NCBI GenBank assembly: GCA_034101015.1
Contig: JAXEKN010000055.1
Coordinates: 37,243-101,242, forward strand
DNA: 64,000 nucleotides
Direction: 5' to 3'
Source of the DNA: Prevotella sp.
GTDB lineage: Bacteria; Bacteroidota; Bacteroidia; Bacteroidales; Bacteroidaceae
The position numbers were made by a program, and so were the translations under genes. A model generated the notes under the pieces. That model was given only the letters and a program-made list of their open reading frames with translations, ran no database searches and was not told the origin of the DNA. Of this stretch, positions 48,390 to 59,300 are shown in pieces. How positions within the stretch are numbered: position 1 is the first letter of the stretch; the number at the start of each line of letters is the position of its first letter.

Positions 48390-49991
48390 ATGAAGTACCC
48401 AATTGGAATGCAATGCTTTGAGCAAATCCGCGAAGATGGATTTGTGTATGTTGACAAGACGGCGTTAGTGTATGACCTTGTCACTATGGGGAAAATATAT
48501 TTCCTCAGTCGTCCCCGCCGTTTTGGCAAGAGTCTTCTCCTATCGACTATCGAGAACTACTTCCTCGGGCGCAAGGAACTCTTTCGTGGACTTGCCATCG
48601 ACTCACTTGAGAAGGAGTGGGCGGAATTTCCCGTGTTTCATATTGACTTTAATGGAAAGAACTTCACCTCGCCGTTGGAACTAAAGGAAACTATCGAGAC
48701 ATTTGTTTCAAAATCAGAGGAAAAATATGGCAAAGATCCTCTTGCCGCCACTTACGGCGACCGGATTTCATACGTGTTTGAGAAAGCACATGAACAGACT
48801 GGAAGGCGAGTTGTCGTTTTGGTTGATGAATACGACAAACCTCTGCTTGATGTGATGAACACGGGCATACAATCTCCAGTGGTGGAGGGAGAAATAAAAA
48901 CCCTTGAGGATTACAATCGCGAGATTCTCAAGGGCTTCTATAGCGTCTTTAAGCTGGCCGACAAGCATCTGAGGTTTGTAATGCTTACAGGAGTGACGAA
49001 GTTCTCGCAAGTCAGTGTGTTCAGCGGCTTCAACCAGCCCAACGACATTAGCAATGATGGCAGATACGACGCACTCTGTGGCATAACCAAGGACGAGCTT
49101 CTGACTGTATTCAGTGAACAGATAAAAGAGTTGGGCAAGGCGAAAGGTATGACCGAGGAAGAGACCATTGATAGACTGAAGCGCAAATATGATGGCTACC
49201 ACTTTAGTGAAAATATGGTGGATGTCTTCAATCCATTCAGTCTGCTTAACTGTTTGCAAAAAAGCCAGTTTAGGGATTTTTGGTTCTCTACTGGCACTCC
49301 GACCTATCTGATGCGTCTTCTCTCTGACAACCATGTGACTGTCAATGAATTGTTGGGAAATTATTATCCCGCCGCCGAGTTTGTTGACTATAAGGCAACC
49401 AAGCAAAGACCTTTGCCTATGCTTTACCAAAGTGGTTATCTTACAATCAAGGGATATGACCCCTTCTTGGATGTATATCGTCTTGATTTCCCCAACGAGG
49501 AAGTGAGAAGCGGAATGACATCTGCTCTTGCAAATGATTATTTCAGCTCAGAGAATTACTCTGATTCATGGATTGTTGACGTGACCCATACCCTTGTAAG
49601 TGGCGACCTCGAGAAGTTCAAGCTCCAACTCACAGCATTCCTCGCCAATATCTCATATCGTTTCCAGCGCAAGCAGGACGCTATGGAGTGCGAGCGTCAT
49701 TTCCAATACACCTTCTATCTCATTATGTGCTTGCTCGGCAGATACAATACATATATTGAGAAGGAGACAAGCCAAGGGCGCATCGACTGCATACTTGAAT
49801 GCCCAGGATATGTATATATCTTCGAGTTCAAGATTAATTCCACCGCAGAAGATGCCCTGAAGCAAATAGAGGAAAAGGGCTATGCCCTGCCATACGCAGC
49901 CGACGCGCGCAAGACATATAAGGTGGGCATCAGTTTCTCGTCAGATACTGGCACTGTCAATGATTTCGAATATGTACCACATGACAAATAA
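48390..49991 (+). CDS. AAA-ATPase-like protein with C-terminal PD-(D/E)XK nuclease domain (intact)
   Basis: YPIG...YVDKT, SRPRRFGKS, LVDEYDKP, LTGVTKF, LYQSGYLTIK, PNEEV, GRIDC, IFEFK. Confidence 0.92.
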   Translation: MKYPIGMQCFEQIREDGFVYVDKTALVYDLVTMGKIYFLSRPRRFGKSLLLSTIENYFLGRKELFRGLAIDSLEKEWAEFPVFHIDFNGKNFTSPLELKETIETFVSKSEEKYGKDPLAATYGDRISYVFEKAHEQTGRRVVVLVDEYDKPLLDVMNTGIQSPVVEGEIKTLEDYNREILKGFYSVFKLADKHLRFVMLTGVTKFSQVSVFSGFNQPNDISNDGRYDALCGITKDELLTVFSEQIKELGKAKGMTEEETIDRLKRKYDGYHFSENMVDVFNPFSLLNCLQKSQFRDFWFSTGTPTYLMRLLSDNHVTVNELLGNYYPAAEFVDYKATKQRPLPMLYQSGYLTIKGYDPFLDVYRLDFPNEEVRSGMTSALANDYFSSENYSDSWIVDVTHTLVSGDLEKFKLQLTAFLANISYRFQRKQDAMECERHFQYTFYLIMCLLGRYNTYIEKETSQGRIDCILECPGYVYIFEFKINSTAEDALKQIEEKGYALPYAADARKTYKVGISFSSDTGTVNDFEYVPHDK

Positions 49992-50012
49992 TCACCCGAT
50001 TTTCATACATTC

Positions 50013-50098
50013 TCTGCACGTACGTTCAAAGGGTCTAAGGACGTACGTGCAGAGGTGGTATGGACGTACGTCCTTAGGGTGCCTGGACGTACGTCCAT
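50013..50098. repeat. REP-like double hairpin built from four ACGTACGT palindromes
   Basis: 50013-50025 pairs with 50041-50053; 50060-50073 pairs with 50085-50098. Confidence 0.85.
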
Positions 50099-50311
50099 AG
50101 AACCTTTGAACGGCGTTGAACAGATGTGCTCAAAAAGCCGCCAAAACCACCCCTTTTTCAAACGGTTTTTGAACGCCATTGAACCAAATCGCCACAGGAC
50201 TGTTTTGTAAACACAGAGGCACAGAGATACAGAGTCTTTTATTCTTGAACACAAAGACACGAAGTTGTTTAGCGCAGCCCGACCTTATCATATTATCAGT
50301 CCGATATCTTT

Positions 50312-52654
50312 TTAATATACGAAGATGCGGATATGCTTGACGCTGCCTGGCGCACCCTGTTCGGCGCGCGGCAGATAGTCGAGAGCCTTGACGGTCTGCT
50401 CACCGCCGAGGTCTATGACAAGGAGATGGGGGAAGTCCGCGCCACGCTGGGTCTGCCAATAGGTTGACTCCTGAAGGTCGAACACCTTGTCGCCGGTATG
50501 GTTGCCCACCTCATTCTCACTGTCAGCATACTTCACAGTCCACGGCTCACGACTGATACGCTTGCCATTGGCATCCTGAAGATAAATCTCAGCCACAGCC
50601 ACCTGGTCGGACGAATGGGCGGAGCGACACTCGATAGCCACATACCTACCCTTTGCGGGAGAGGCGAAGGAAACAGTCTGCCATCCGTTGCCAGCCTTCA
50701 GGTTGGTGTCAGCCACGGGCGAGGCGGAGTTGAGGTCAGGACGGTCGCCGGGGTTGTTGTGCTTGTTGCTCTTCTCAAGGTTGAGCTTGTCGAGTTCGGG
50801 CTTGTTCTGGCAATGCGCCACAGCCTTACCCCTTGGCCCGACGATGTCGAGAACCACCACCTCGTTCTTTCCCTTCTTCAGCCAGCATCCGGGGACATAG
50901 AGCGTCTGTTGGGGACCGATGTTCCAGAATCGTCCGAGAGCATGGCCGTTGACATATACCATACCCTTGCCGAAAGCCTCCATATTGATAAACGTGTCGC
51001 CCACCTTCTTTAAGTCAAACCAGCCACGATAGTAGCCGATGGTATTGTTGAGAGGAGAGGGATTGAAGATGGGATTGGACGGGCGCGGGGCGAAAGCCTT
51101 CACGGCAGTCTGATAGTCGCAGGGCAGGGTGGAGATAGTCCAGTTCTTAAGGTCGAAAGTCATGGCGTGACCTTCGGATTCCGCCGATAGCGTGACATTT
51201 GAAGTGATACCCTTGTAGTCCTTTATGGCGCGTCCGAAGTTGATGCGTCCCATAGCCTCGATGAGGATGGTGAGTCGCTGTCCGCTCTTGACGGCAGGCA
51301 GCATGATGCTCTTCTCATTCTTCACGCGGTCGATCTTGCCGATATACTTGCCGTCGATAAACACCTGTGCGAAGTCATGACAGTCATTGAGAGTGAGCAG
51401 CGAGGACGAGCTGACTGCGGGCAGGGTGGCCTCATAGATGAGCGAGCCCCATCCCATGTCGAGATCCTCCATGCACTTCACGTCGCGCGACTTGACCGTC
51501 TTGTCAATGCCACAGGCGATGGGTGCATACTCCGTGAGCTTGAACTCAGGCACGGAGATGATAGGCATTGGAGCCTTTGGCACCGACGGCATCTTTTTGC
51601 CATCGTAATACTTCTCCATGGTGCGGCGCAAGGTCCAGTATTTCTCCGTCGGCTGTCCCCACTCATTGATGGGAGCGTCATAGTCGTATGATGTCACGTC
51701 GGGAGCGAAGCCCGGACTGTTGGCACCCGCCCAATGGCCGAACGACGTGCCGCCGTGAGTCATATAGAGCGAGAAGCTGATACCCTTGGAGAGCATCTCG
51801 TCGATGCCCGCCACCATATCGTCGGCAGGACGGGTCTCATGGCGCGCGCCCCACTTGTCGAACCATCCGCTCCAGAACTCCGAGCACATCAGTGGCGACT
51901 CCGGGCGCAGTTCCTTGAGACGGCGGAACTGATTGTCGATATTGGCACCCGTGCCGAAGTTCATCGTCCATATCAGGTCGTCGAGACCATTGCGTGTGAA
52001 ATTGCTTGCCCAGTCGCACTGAAACAAGGTGACCTTGTCGAATCCCGACTCACGCACGATGTCGCGAATCTCCGAGACGTAGGGCTTGTCCGTGCCATAC
52101 GAGCCGTATTCGTTCTCCACCTGCACCATGATAATCGGTCCGCCGTTTTCGATGGTGAGCGAGGCGAGTTGCTTGCCCACCTCCTTCTCAAACAGGCGCA
52201 CACGCTCCATGAAGTAGGGGTCGCGCTCGCGCAGACGGATGTCTTTCTTCTTCAACAGCCACCATGGCAGGCCGCCCATCTCCCATTCTGCGCAAACATA
52301 CGGGCCTGGGCGCACGATGACGTACATGCCATTTTTCTGGGCCAAGCGGCAAAACTCCGCCACGTCGTTCTGACCGGTGAAGTCATACACGCCCTCCTTC
52401 TGCTCATGGATATTCCAGAAGACATACAGGCAGAGGGTGTTCATGCCAAGAGCCTTGCACATCTTGATGCGATGTTCCCAATAAGGGCGGGGAATACGCG
52501 GATAATGCACCTCGGCAGCCTTCACCACAAACGGTTTGCCGTCGAGCATGAAGGTGTTCTTGCCAGCAGTAAACACCCCAGAGGCCATCGCCTCATTGGG
52601 CAATAAAAGAGCCAACAACAGGGCCAAAATGATATTTCCAAATGTCTTTCTCAT
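50312..52654 (-). CDS. GH35 beta-galactosidase with C-terminal F5/8 (CBM32-like) domain
   Basis: EVHYPRIP, VRPGPYVCAEWEMGGLP, VQVENEYG, SEFWSGWFDKWG, YMTHGGTSFG, TSYDYDAP; ESTYW...IDLG. Confidence 0.95.
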   Translation of the reverse strand: MRKTFGNIILALLLALLLPNEAMASGVFTAGKNTFMLDGKPFVVKAAEVHYPRIPRPYWEHRIKMCKALGMNTLCLYVFWNIHEQKEGVYDFTGQNDVAEFCRLAQKNGMYVIVRPGPYVCAEWEMGGLPWWLLKKKDIRLRERDPYFMERVRLFEKEVGKQLASLTIENGGPIIMVQVENEYGSYGTDKPYVSEIRDIVRESGFDKVTLFQCDWASNFTRNGLDDLIWTMNFGTGANIDNQFRRLKELRPESPLMCSEFWSGWFDKWGARHETRPADDMVAGIDEMLSKGISFSLYMTHGGTSFGHWAGANSPGFAPDVTSYDYDAPINEWGQPTEKYWTLRRTMEKYYDGKKMPSVPKAPMPIISVPEFKLTEYAPIACGIDKTVKSRDVKCMEDLDMGWGSLIYEATLPAVSSSSLLTLNDCHDFAQVFIDGKYIGKIDRVKNEKSIMLPAVKSGQRLTILIEAMGRINFGRAIKDYKGITSNVTLSAESEGHAMTFDLKNWTISTLPCDYQTAVKAFAPRPSNPIFNPSPLNNTIGYYRGWFDLKKVGDTFINMEAFGKGMVYVNGHALGRFWNIGPQQTLYVPGCWLKKGKNEVVVLDIVGPRGKAVAHCQNKPELDKLNLEKSNKHNNPGDRPDLNSASPVADTNLKAGNGWQTVSFASPAKGRYVAIECRSAHSSDQVAVAEIYLQDANGKRISREPWTVKYADSENEVGNHTGDKVFDLQESTYWQTQRGADFPHLLVIDLGGEQTVKALDYLPRAEQGAPGSVKHIRIFVY

Positions 52655-52750
52655 ATATTTCTTTTTATTATTAATACGCAAAGGTATCGTTTTTTTCCCT
52701 ATTCATTTATCCTTTTTTCTGATAATATAGGGAAAAATAGGACTAATTAA

Positions 52751-53917
52751 CTATTGAACCATCCAAGAATCGCGCCATTCGATAAATGGAACTCCATTAT
52801 TGTCGAAGTCGATGGGCAGCCACACATACCGCCCGTCGGAAGGATGCTTCGGTCGCCAGATGTCGGCCATGAAGATATATCCGTCCTTATATGGCAGGAC
52901 AAATGTTGACTGTCCGCCGAAGGTGATGTTGGCCTTTGGACCACGGCATGGGTTGGGATGCTGCTTCCACGGTCCCCAGATGCTTGGCGCCGAGAACATC
53001 CGGGCCTCGTTGGGGTCCCAGCCTGTGCATCCACTGGTAATCATCCAGTAGGTGTTGCCACGGCGGAACACGGCGGGAGCCTCGTTCTGTCCGCCGGGAG
53101 CCACGCGGGTGTAACGTCCGGTGTGGGCAGTGAAGTCATCGTTGAGTTCGGCGATATGCAATGTCAGGTTGTCCTCCGACGAGAAGATATGATAAGCCCT
53201 GCCGTCGGTATCCACGAAGAGGGTCATGTCGCGCGCCATCTGTCCTGCTGGCAGGTTATGTCCGTCAACCGTGCGTGCGGTGAGGTCGCGCTTCAGGAAC
53301 AATCCTTGTCGAATGGCCTTGCGCCATGTGGGTGTCCACCAGTCCTTATAGTTGTTGGCATTGAGAGTGTCGAGACTCTTGATGTCGGCATCAGAAAACT
53401 CCAATGGATAGAATCCGGGATTGGCCCTGCCGGAGCGCAGGAAGCGGAACGGTCCCTTGGGACTGTCGGACACTGCCACACCATATCGGGCCTGCCAGTA
53501 GCCCTCGCCCTTGAGCTCAAGGTGGAACCACATCACAAACTTCTTGGTCTTGGGATTATAGATCACCTTCGGGCGTTCGAGAATACATCCGCGCTCGATG
53601 TCGTGTCCCTTCTCATCGACAACACTAAGGGCAACACCCTCATAACGCCAGTCGGTGAGATTCTTCGACGAATAGCATGTCACGCCCACGTAAGCCGAAC
53701 AAGTGGTGTCGGCCTTGTGCTCACCATACCAATAATAGGTATTGCCATGCTTCATAACACCTCCACCGTGGGCATTGATATGCTCGCCACGATTGTCGGG
53801 CCATAATTCCCCGGGGCGGATAATGCCCTTCCCAAACATCACGCTTGGGAAGGACACAACGAGTAATGAAATAGTGACAATAAAGTCTTTTACAAACCTT
53901 TTATCAAGTGTTACCAT
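52751..53917 (-). CDS. GH43 family, subfamily 24-like (exo-beta-1,3-galactanase type)
   Basis: INAHGGG, YYWYGE, ERPKVIYN..TKKFVMWFH, ARDMTLFVD, EAPA, FGGQSTF, YVWLP. Confidence 0.85.
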   Translation of the reverse strand: MVTLDKRFVKDFIVTISLLVVSFPSVMFGKGIIRPGELWPDNRGEHINAHGGGVMKHGNTYYWYGEHKADTTCSAYVGVTCYSSKNLTDWRYEGVALSVVDEKGHDIERGCILERPKVIYNPKTKKFVMWFHLELKGEGYWQARYGVAVSDSPKGPFRFLRSGRANPGFYPLEFSDADIKSLDTLNANNYKDWWTPTWRKAIRQGLFLKRDLTARTVDGHNLPAGQMARDMTLFVDTDGRAYHIFSSEDNLTLHIAELNDDFTAHTGRYTRVAPGGQNEAPAVFRRGNTYWMITSGCTGWDPNEARMFSAPSIWGPWKQHPNPCRGPKANITFGGQSTFVLPYKDGYIFMADIWRPKHPSDGRYVWLPIDFDNNGVPFIEWRDSWMVQ

Positions 53918-53955
53918 ATAAATAATAATATTGTGTGTTGTTCGTAATGAATTGA

Positions 53956-56316
53956 CTATTTCGCAAACTTCTTGCCATTAACGACATAAATGCCCTTGGG
54001 CAGGGAGTCAATCGAACGGTTGTCCATGTCAATCTTCCGTCCGTCCAATGTATAGACACCCTGACGCAGACCGGGATTGTCCTCAACCGTCACATTGTCA
54101 ATGCCAGTGACATCCTCTTTGGACATCTTGCCATAGAAATAGAGACGGAAGTCATCAAAGATGCACCAGTAGCTGCTGCCCATGTTGGCGGAACGTACAC
54201 CCAACTTGAGTGATGACCCTGACTTGGTCAGTTCGGTGACTACGGAATTGTCGTACAATCCATTGGAGAAATAGATGCTTGCGGCATTCATGTCGTTGGG
54301 TACATACATCACCGGCGACGAACCGACGCTGCTTTCCTTGCCACCCAGTTTGCTCTCAGAGGCATCGCTGCAGATGTTGGCAAGGCGCTGCACCTTATTG
54401 CCGGCATAGAGGAATGCCGTGACACTGGTCTTGCCCGACGTGTAATTCGACCACGCCTCGGCGGAAGTGCCCGGACGCTGGAATGCGCGCACGCTGACAC
54501 GGTAAGTGCCTAAAGGCATATTGGCAAGCGACTGGTTCATGTCGAACGTCTTTTGGTAAAACTCTCCGCAAGAGTAGTTGATGGTGGGAGCCACCGACCA
54601 TCCCTCGGCTGAGTCCATACCTGGATTAGCCAGCATATAAGTGATGTCGAACGGATGGGCGGGGTCGGTCGGCGAAACCCCGTTGAGGAAGAGTGAAATG
54701 GCCGTTCTTATCTCCTCCTCGGCCGGCACTAACTCTTCGATGCTGTTGGAAGAAGCGATAAGGTCGTTCACACGCGAGATGGTCGCGTTGACAGAAGCAT
54801 CCGTGCCAGCCACCTCTTCAATGTGCGGCACGTCAACCAAGGTCTGCAAGGTGGCAAGGGCATCGGTAATCTGTGACTTGACACCGCCAATGAAGAACGT
54901 CTCCATCTCATTCATCTCTCCCGCCGAAAGGATGAGCCATCTCTGCTGAGAAGCAGAAGAGGCGATGTTAAACTGCGAGGCGGAAACGGCGCCGTTCTTG
55001 TCGGCCTGGAGGCAATAGGGCTGCCAGTTGCTTTCTGGATGGATGAGCCAATATCCACGTTGTCCCGTGGTCTCATTTCCCACGGACACATCGTCACGAC
55101 CGCGCATCAACTGGAAATTCTCGGAATTAGCGGGTGTGGCGGTCTCAGCGGTCTTTATGCCGTTTGTACCAGTGGCAGAATAAGACATGTACCTGCCCGT
55201 GGCCACATTCCTCAACTGGTAATACTGATTTGACGGAGTGAATGACATGGTCCATGCCACACTGTCGTTGGCGGCTGCCTCGGCGGCAGTCATGCTGCGC
55301 CATACAAGAGAGCCTGTCTTGGTGGGGACAAGGAAAGAGCTGTACAGTCCGCGTTCGTCCGACTCGTTCTTGATATAGTACTTCTCTTCATCCTTATGCT
55401 GGAATGAATAGTACGGACGTGAGAAACTCGTCGATGAGTGTTGCAGTCCGTCTTCGCCAAGTGCCTGGCAAACCAGTCCGTTGCCGATGTAAAGAATGTC
55501 GGTGCCATTGTCCTCATGCGCCCCGTTGATACCATAAGGCCACATGTGCTGGTAGTCGCCGTTGAGCATTTCAGTCTTGCTGTTGTCTAGGAATCTCACC
55601 ACCTCGGTGACACGGTCGCCGAGCCAATAGCCGGTGCCATATCCGTCGGACGTGACTGACGTCCTGAGATTGTGGCGGCTCCATTCAGTGTCGGCCCATG
55701 GTATGACACCCACACCATGCAGCAATTCGTGGAGGATTGTGCCCGTGCGCTGATAAGACTCATTCGGTCCTACTCTGACCCATCCGCCGTATGAGCAGTC
55801 GGCGGTGGGCACCGAGGCATCATATCCCACGTTAGTGGAGAAACCCGTGATTGACGTCAGGTCGTTCCAATAGCCCACGGCTTTCTCCACGGCATTGGTG
55901 ATGCGTGTCTTGACAGCGTCGGTGCCACCGTCGCGGATGGTATATTTAATCTGTCCCTTGGGGATGGTATAGAAGCGTATCACGTCACCATAACCCACAT
56001 TTCCCGCCTTGTCGATGGCATAGGCGCGCATATAATACAAGGTGGCGGGAGTAAGGTCCTGCAACCAATATATATTGCCGTTGTTGCTGAGATACTTCAC
56101 CGTCTTGTGGTCATCGACCGTGGGTTCAGGAGTCTCCGCCCAGCAAAAACCGCGTTCCACGATGTTCTGTCCTGTGGCTGTCATACGTCCGAATGCCATG
56201 GTGGCGCCACGTGCATAGCGCATGTCGGTGGTGACAACAGGCCCGTCCTGCGCAAAGCCATTGAGCATTGTCGCTCCAAACAGGAGGCAGGTAATAAAAA
56301 AGCGTTTGTCTATCAT
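53956..56316 (-). CDS. T9SS cargo with FN3-like domain, HExxH zinc-metallopeptidase-like domain, ricin/beta-trefoil-like and CBM-like domains
   Basis: YYMRAYA..GYG FN3-like motif; GTILHELLHGVG; YYQLRNVATGRYM; NPGMDSAEGW...GTYRVSVRAF; tail TGIDNV...YTLDG...KGIYVVNGKKF. Confidence 0.72.
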   Translation of the reverse strand: MIDKRFFITCLLFGATMLNGFAQDGPVVTTDMRYARGATMAFGRMTATGQNIVERGFCWAETPEPTVDDHKTVKYLSNNGNIYWLQDLTPATLYYMRAYAIDKAGNVGYGDVIRFYTIPKGQIKYTIRDGGTDAVKTRITNAVEKAVGYWNDLTSITGFSTNVGYDASVPTADCSYGGWVRVGPNESYQRTGTILHELLHGVGVIPWADTEWSRHNLRTSVTSDGYGTGYWLGDRVTEVVRFLDNSKTEMLNGDYQHMWPYGINGAHEDNGTDILYIGNGLVCQALGEDGLQHSSTSFSRPYYSFQHKDEEKYYIKNESDERGLYSSFLVPTKTGSLVWRSMTAAEAAANDSVAWTMSFTPSNQYYQLRNVATGRYMSYSATGTNGIKTAETATPANSENFQLMRGRDDVSVGNETTGQRGYWLIHPESNWQPYCLQADKNGAVSASQFNIASSASQQRWLILSAGEMNEMETFFIGGVKSQITDALATLQTLVDVPHIEEVAGTDASVNATISRVNDLIASSNSIEELVPAEEEIRTAISLFLNGVSPTDPAHPFDITYMLANPGMDSAEGWSVAPTINYSCGEFYQKTFDMNQSLANMPLGTYRVSVRAFQRPGTSAEAWSNYTSGKTSVTAFLYAGNKVQRLANICSDASESKLGGKESSVGSSPVMYVPNDMNAASIYFSNGLYDNSVVTELTKSGSSLKLGVRSANMGSSYWCIFDDFRLYFYGKMSKEDVTGIDNVTVEDNPGLRQGVYTLDGRKIDMDNRSIDSLPKGIYVVNGKKFAK

Positions 56317-56329
56317 ACTCTATTATATC

Positions 56330-59300
56330 TTAACGGTTGTTTGACTTGACAATTTTTCTTGTCTTTCCCTTGGTCTTCTTGATGACAACACCAGAAGAAT
56401 GTGAGTCGGAAGTCCTGATGCCAGATACTGAGTAATACTTGGCGTCATCATCTTCGTCAATAACAGAAGTTCCGATGTTTGTCAGTGTGCACAACGGAAG
56501 GGTCACGCCGCTCCAGTTTTCCACCATCTGTATGTCATCCATCTTCTTTATATAAGCGGAGAAGTTGGACATCTGTACACGCTCGTTGCGGTCGGACGAG
56601 TCCTGGATGACCCATCTGCCATTAACAAGCGCGATGCTGTTTTGAGGCAATACCGACGAGGTGACAAACAGTCCGTTGAGTCCATTGGGGCCAGCCGTCC
56701 TCTTGGTGGTCTTCTCACCACTTTCATATATCACCACATCCTTATGGTCGGAATAAACCACGCAAGGCACACCGGCCTCACACTCTGCAATCTCCTCCAA
56801 ACAGATGGCAGACATGTCGGGTAGTATTCCCGCTATCTGATAGAAGGTGACACCTTCAGAAGGTGTTGCCTTATACGGCAGACATATTGTTGACCATCCG
56901 GAAGCGTTGGCCTTGAAATGGTATTCCGGCTTGTAGAGCAAGGTGAAGTCAGTGGCACACCACCATCCCTCACGAAGGTCGCCCTTGCCGTCGATCTCAG
57001 CGTATGGTTTCCATGCGTAGTCAGAGGCTCCGTCCTTGGATGCGGTGAAACCGATGGTGAGCGTCTCCCGTTCATCGACATAGATGACGGGGGTGACAAG
57101 TGTCTGCCATTTCTCTTCGGATGTGAATGTCGGTATGTCAACACGGTCTGTTGACAATAATGACGAAACGATGCTGTCGCCATTATGCACGATATAGGCA
57201 TGCTGGTCGCTAAGACAATAATGGTCGGTGGCAGCCTTGCATTGCAATGCGTAGAGTCCGTGGGAAAGATAGTCCGACGAACTGTTTTTGGTCAGCTCCT
57301 GGGCAATGCCCATAGACAGGTCCTTGCCGGCAGATGCCTCCACGTCATTCCATATCGCTTTCCAGCATTTGCGTCCGGCAACCTCAGCCACACCCTGTGT
57401 TCCCTCGGTATATGTGCCGCATTTCTTCCAGTCGGATGTCTGGGTGTCGAATGATGGATGAAGGATAAACGGCAATTCAGTCAATCCATCCACTTGTTCT
57501 GTCAACGGGTCGTGGGATATGAACGCATACAGTTCCTCTATAGCCTCGTCGATGGAGGAGGAGAGTAGGGTGAGGTATTCCGCATAACTGTCGGCTCCCT
57601 CCATAATCTGGCGGATATTGGTGTTCAGATGTGCGAGACTTGTATTGTGAGCCATGAACATCTCCGCCCGACGTGTCTCGGCTTTTATACCATCGGCAAT
57701 GGCCTCCTCCTGTGTGGCGAAGAGCGGATAAACGCCCATCTGGTCAAACTGGGCTTTCGAACCGAGGTTTCTGAACGAGAGGAAAGCCTTGTCGTATGTG
57801 CCGCTATTGAATACTGAGCCAAACTTGGTCCATACGGTGTTGTTGGGTATGCTGACGGCAGTGGAGTCGGAAGCCACTCCGTCGCGGGACATATACAGAC
57901 GGTTATAGGAGATTCCGTCGAAGAATGTGGAGGCACTCAGATAATAATTGGTATAAGGAGATACCTCCAAGGATGTCTTGACAGAACCCGCCTTGTCCAT
58001 CGCCTCGTTGGAGAATGCCTGCAGATAGGTTCCGCCGTCATATCCTCTATTGCGGAACACCTTGAAGTGGGGAGCACAAAGGGCTGTGCCCTCGCCGTTG
58101 GTCCAACCAGCCATATCAAAGTCGAAGTTGCCATTCGCGAGGAGATTGCCGCCAATATACATTGTCGTCTCGCCCACGGTCATTGCGTCGCCTGGATTGA
58201 CCTTGCCGGGGACGGCTGTGGCGGTCTTGGCTGTATAGTAGTCCTTATTGTCGGCATAGATGACATGAACGCGATATTCAGCACCGTCGAACGACTCATT
58301 GTCAACGGCGGTGTAGTCGGCGCCATCCTCCTGAAGGTCAATCTCCATGATGCTCTGCCATGCCATGCCTTTCTTACGTCGTTCGAGCGTCATGCTCTTA
58401 TTGTATTCGCCATTGGGTTCGTGCCATGTCAGCACAGACACGCCAGTAGAACCATCGAACTTACATGCCAAGGCAGACGGTGCCCCCTTGGATTTTGGTA
58501 TCTTTGGCACATAGTCGTATTTCTTGTTATAGCCCACGGCACTCTCAAGAGCGGCATAATACTCGCCGGCTGCAGTCAGGGCACCATTGAGATAAACCTT
58601 GGAACGGTCGGCCTCGGAGTTCCAGAACGCATAACGCTCCACAAAGTCGTAACCGTCCATCAGCTCCGACAATTCCTTGACCCTGTCGGCATTCTGGCGG
58701 GCAGCTTCTGTGTCGGACAGGGAGGAGTTGAACACACCATTATGATTCCATGACGCACCCCAGCACCATTCGGAAATCCACAAAGGACGGCGATACTGGT
58801 TGTACCACGACGTGAGATTGTAGAAACTGCCTTCCGGCCAATAGGAATGGACGTCAACGACATCACATCTCCATCCGCGTGCATCCACGGAGTCCATAAA
58901 CTCCTTGAGCCAGGAGAGACTGCCGTCATGGGATGACGGTGAGCAGAGACGCATACCTGTGGCCATGTGACGCTCCCATTCAGCAAGGACGGTAGCCACA
59001 CTCTGCGGATGGTCGTCGGCACTGTTGCCCGGTTCATTGTTGGTCTTCATGGTCGGTGCCGACGTGGTGTAGTTGTTGCGTCCGCAGTCAGCGAGTGCCG
59101 GCCATCCCTCATAGATATGATGGGCCACACATTCACGGTCGATACCGGTGTCCTCGCCCAGTCCGAAGGCATAGCACCATGTGGTGTTGAGAGCGTTGTT
59201 GGTCTGTGAGCGTGTGTCATTGGCAAGGCCTTTCTTGCCCGTGTCATTCCATTTGAACACACGATATGACGTGATGCTGCGGTCGAGGATAGCAGGCATC

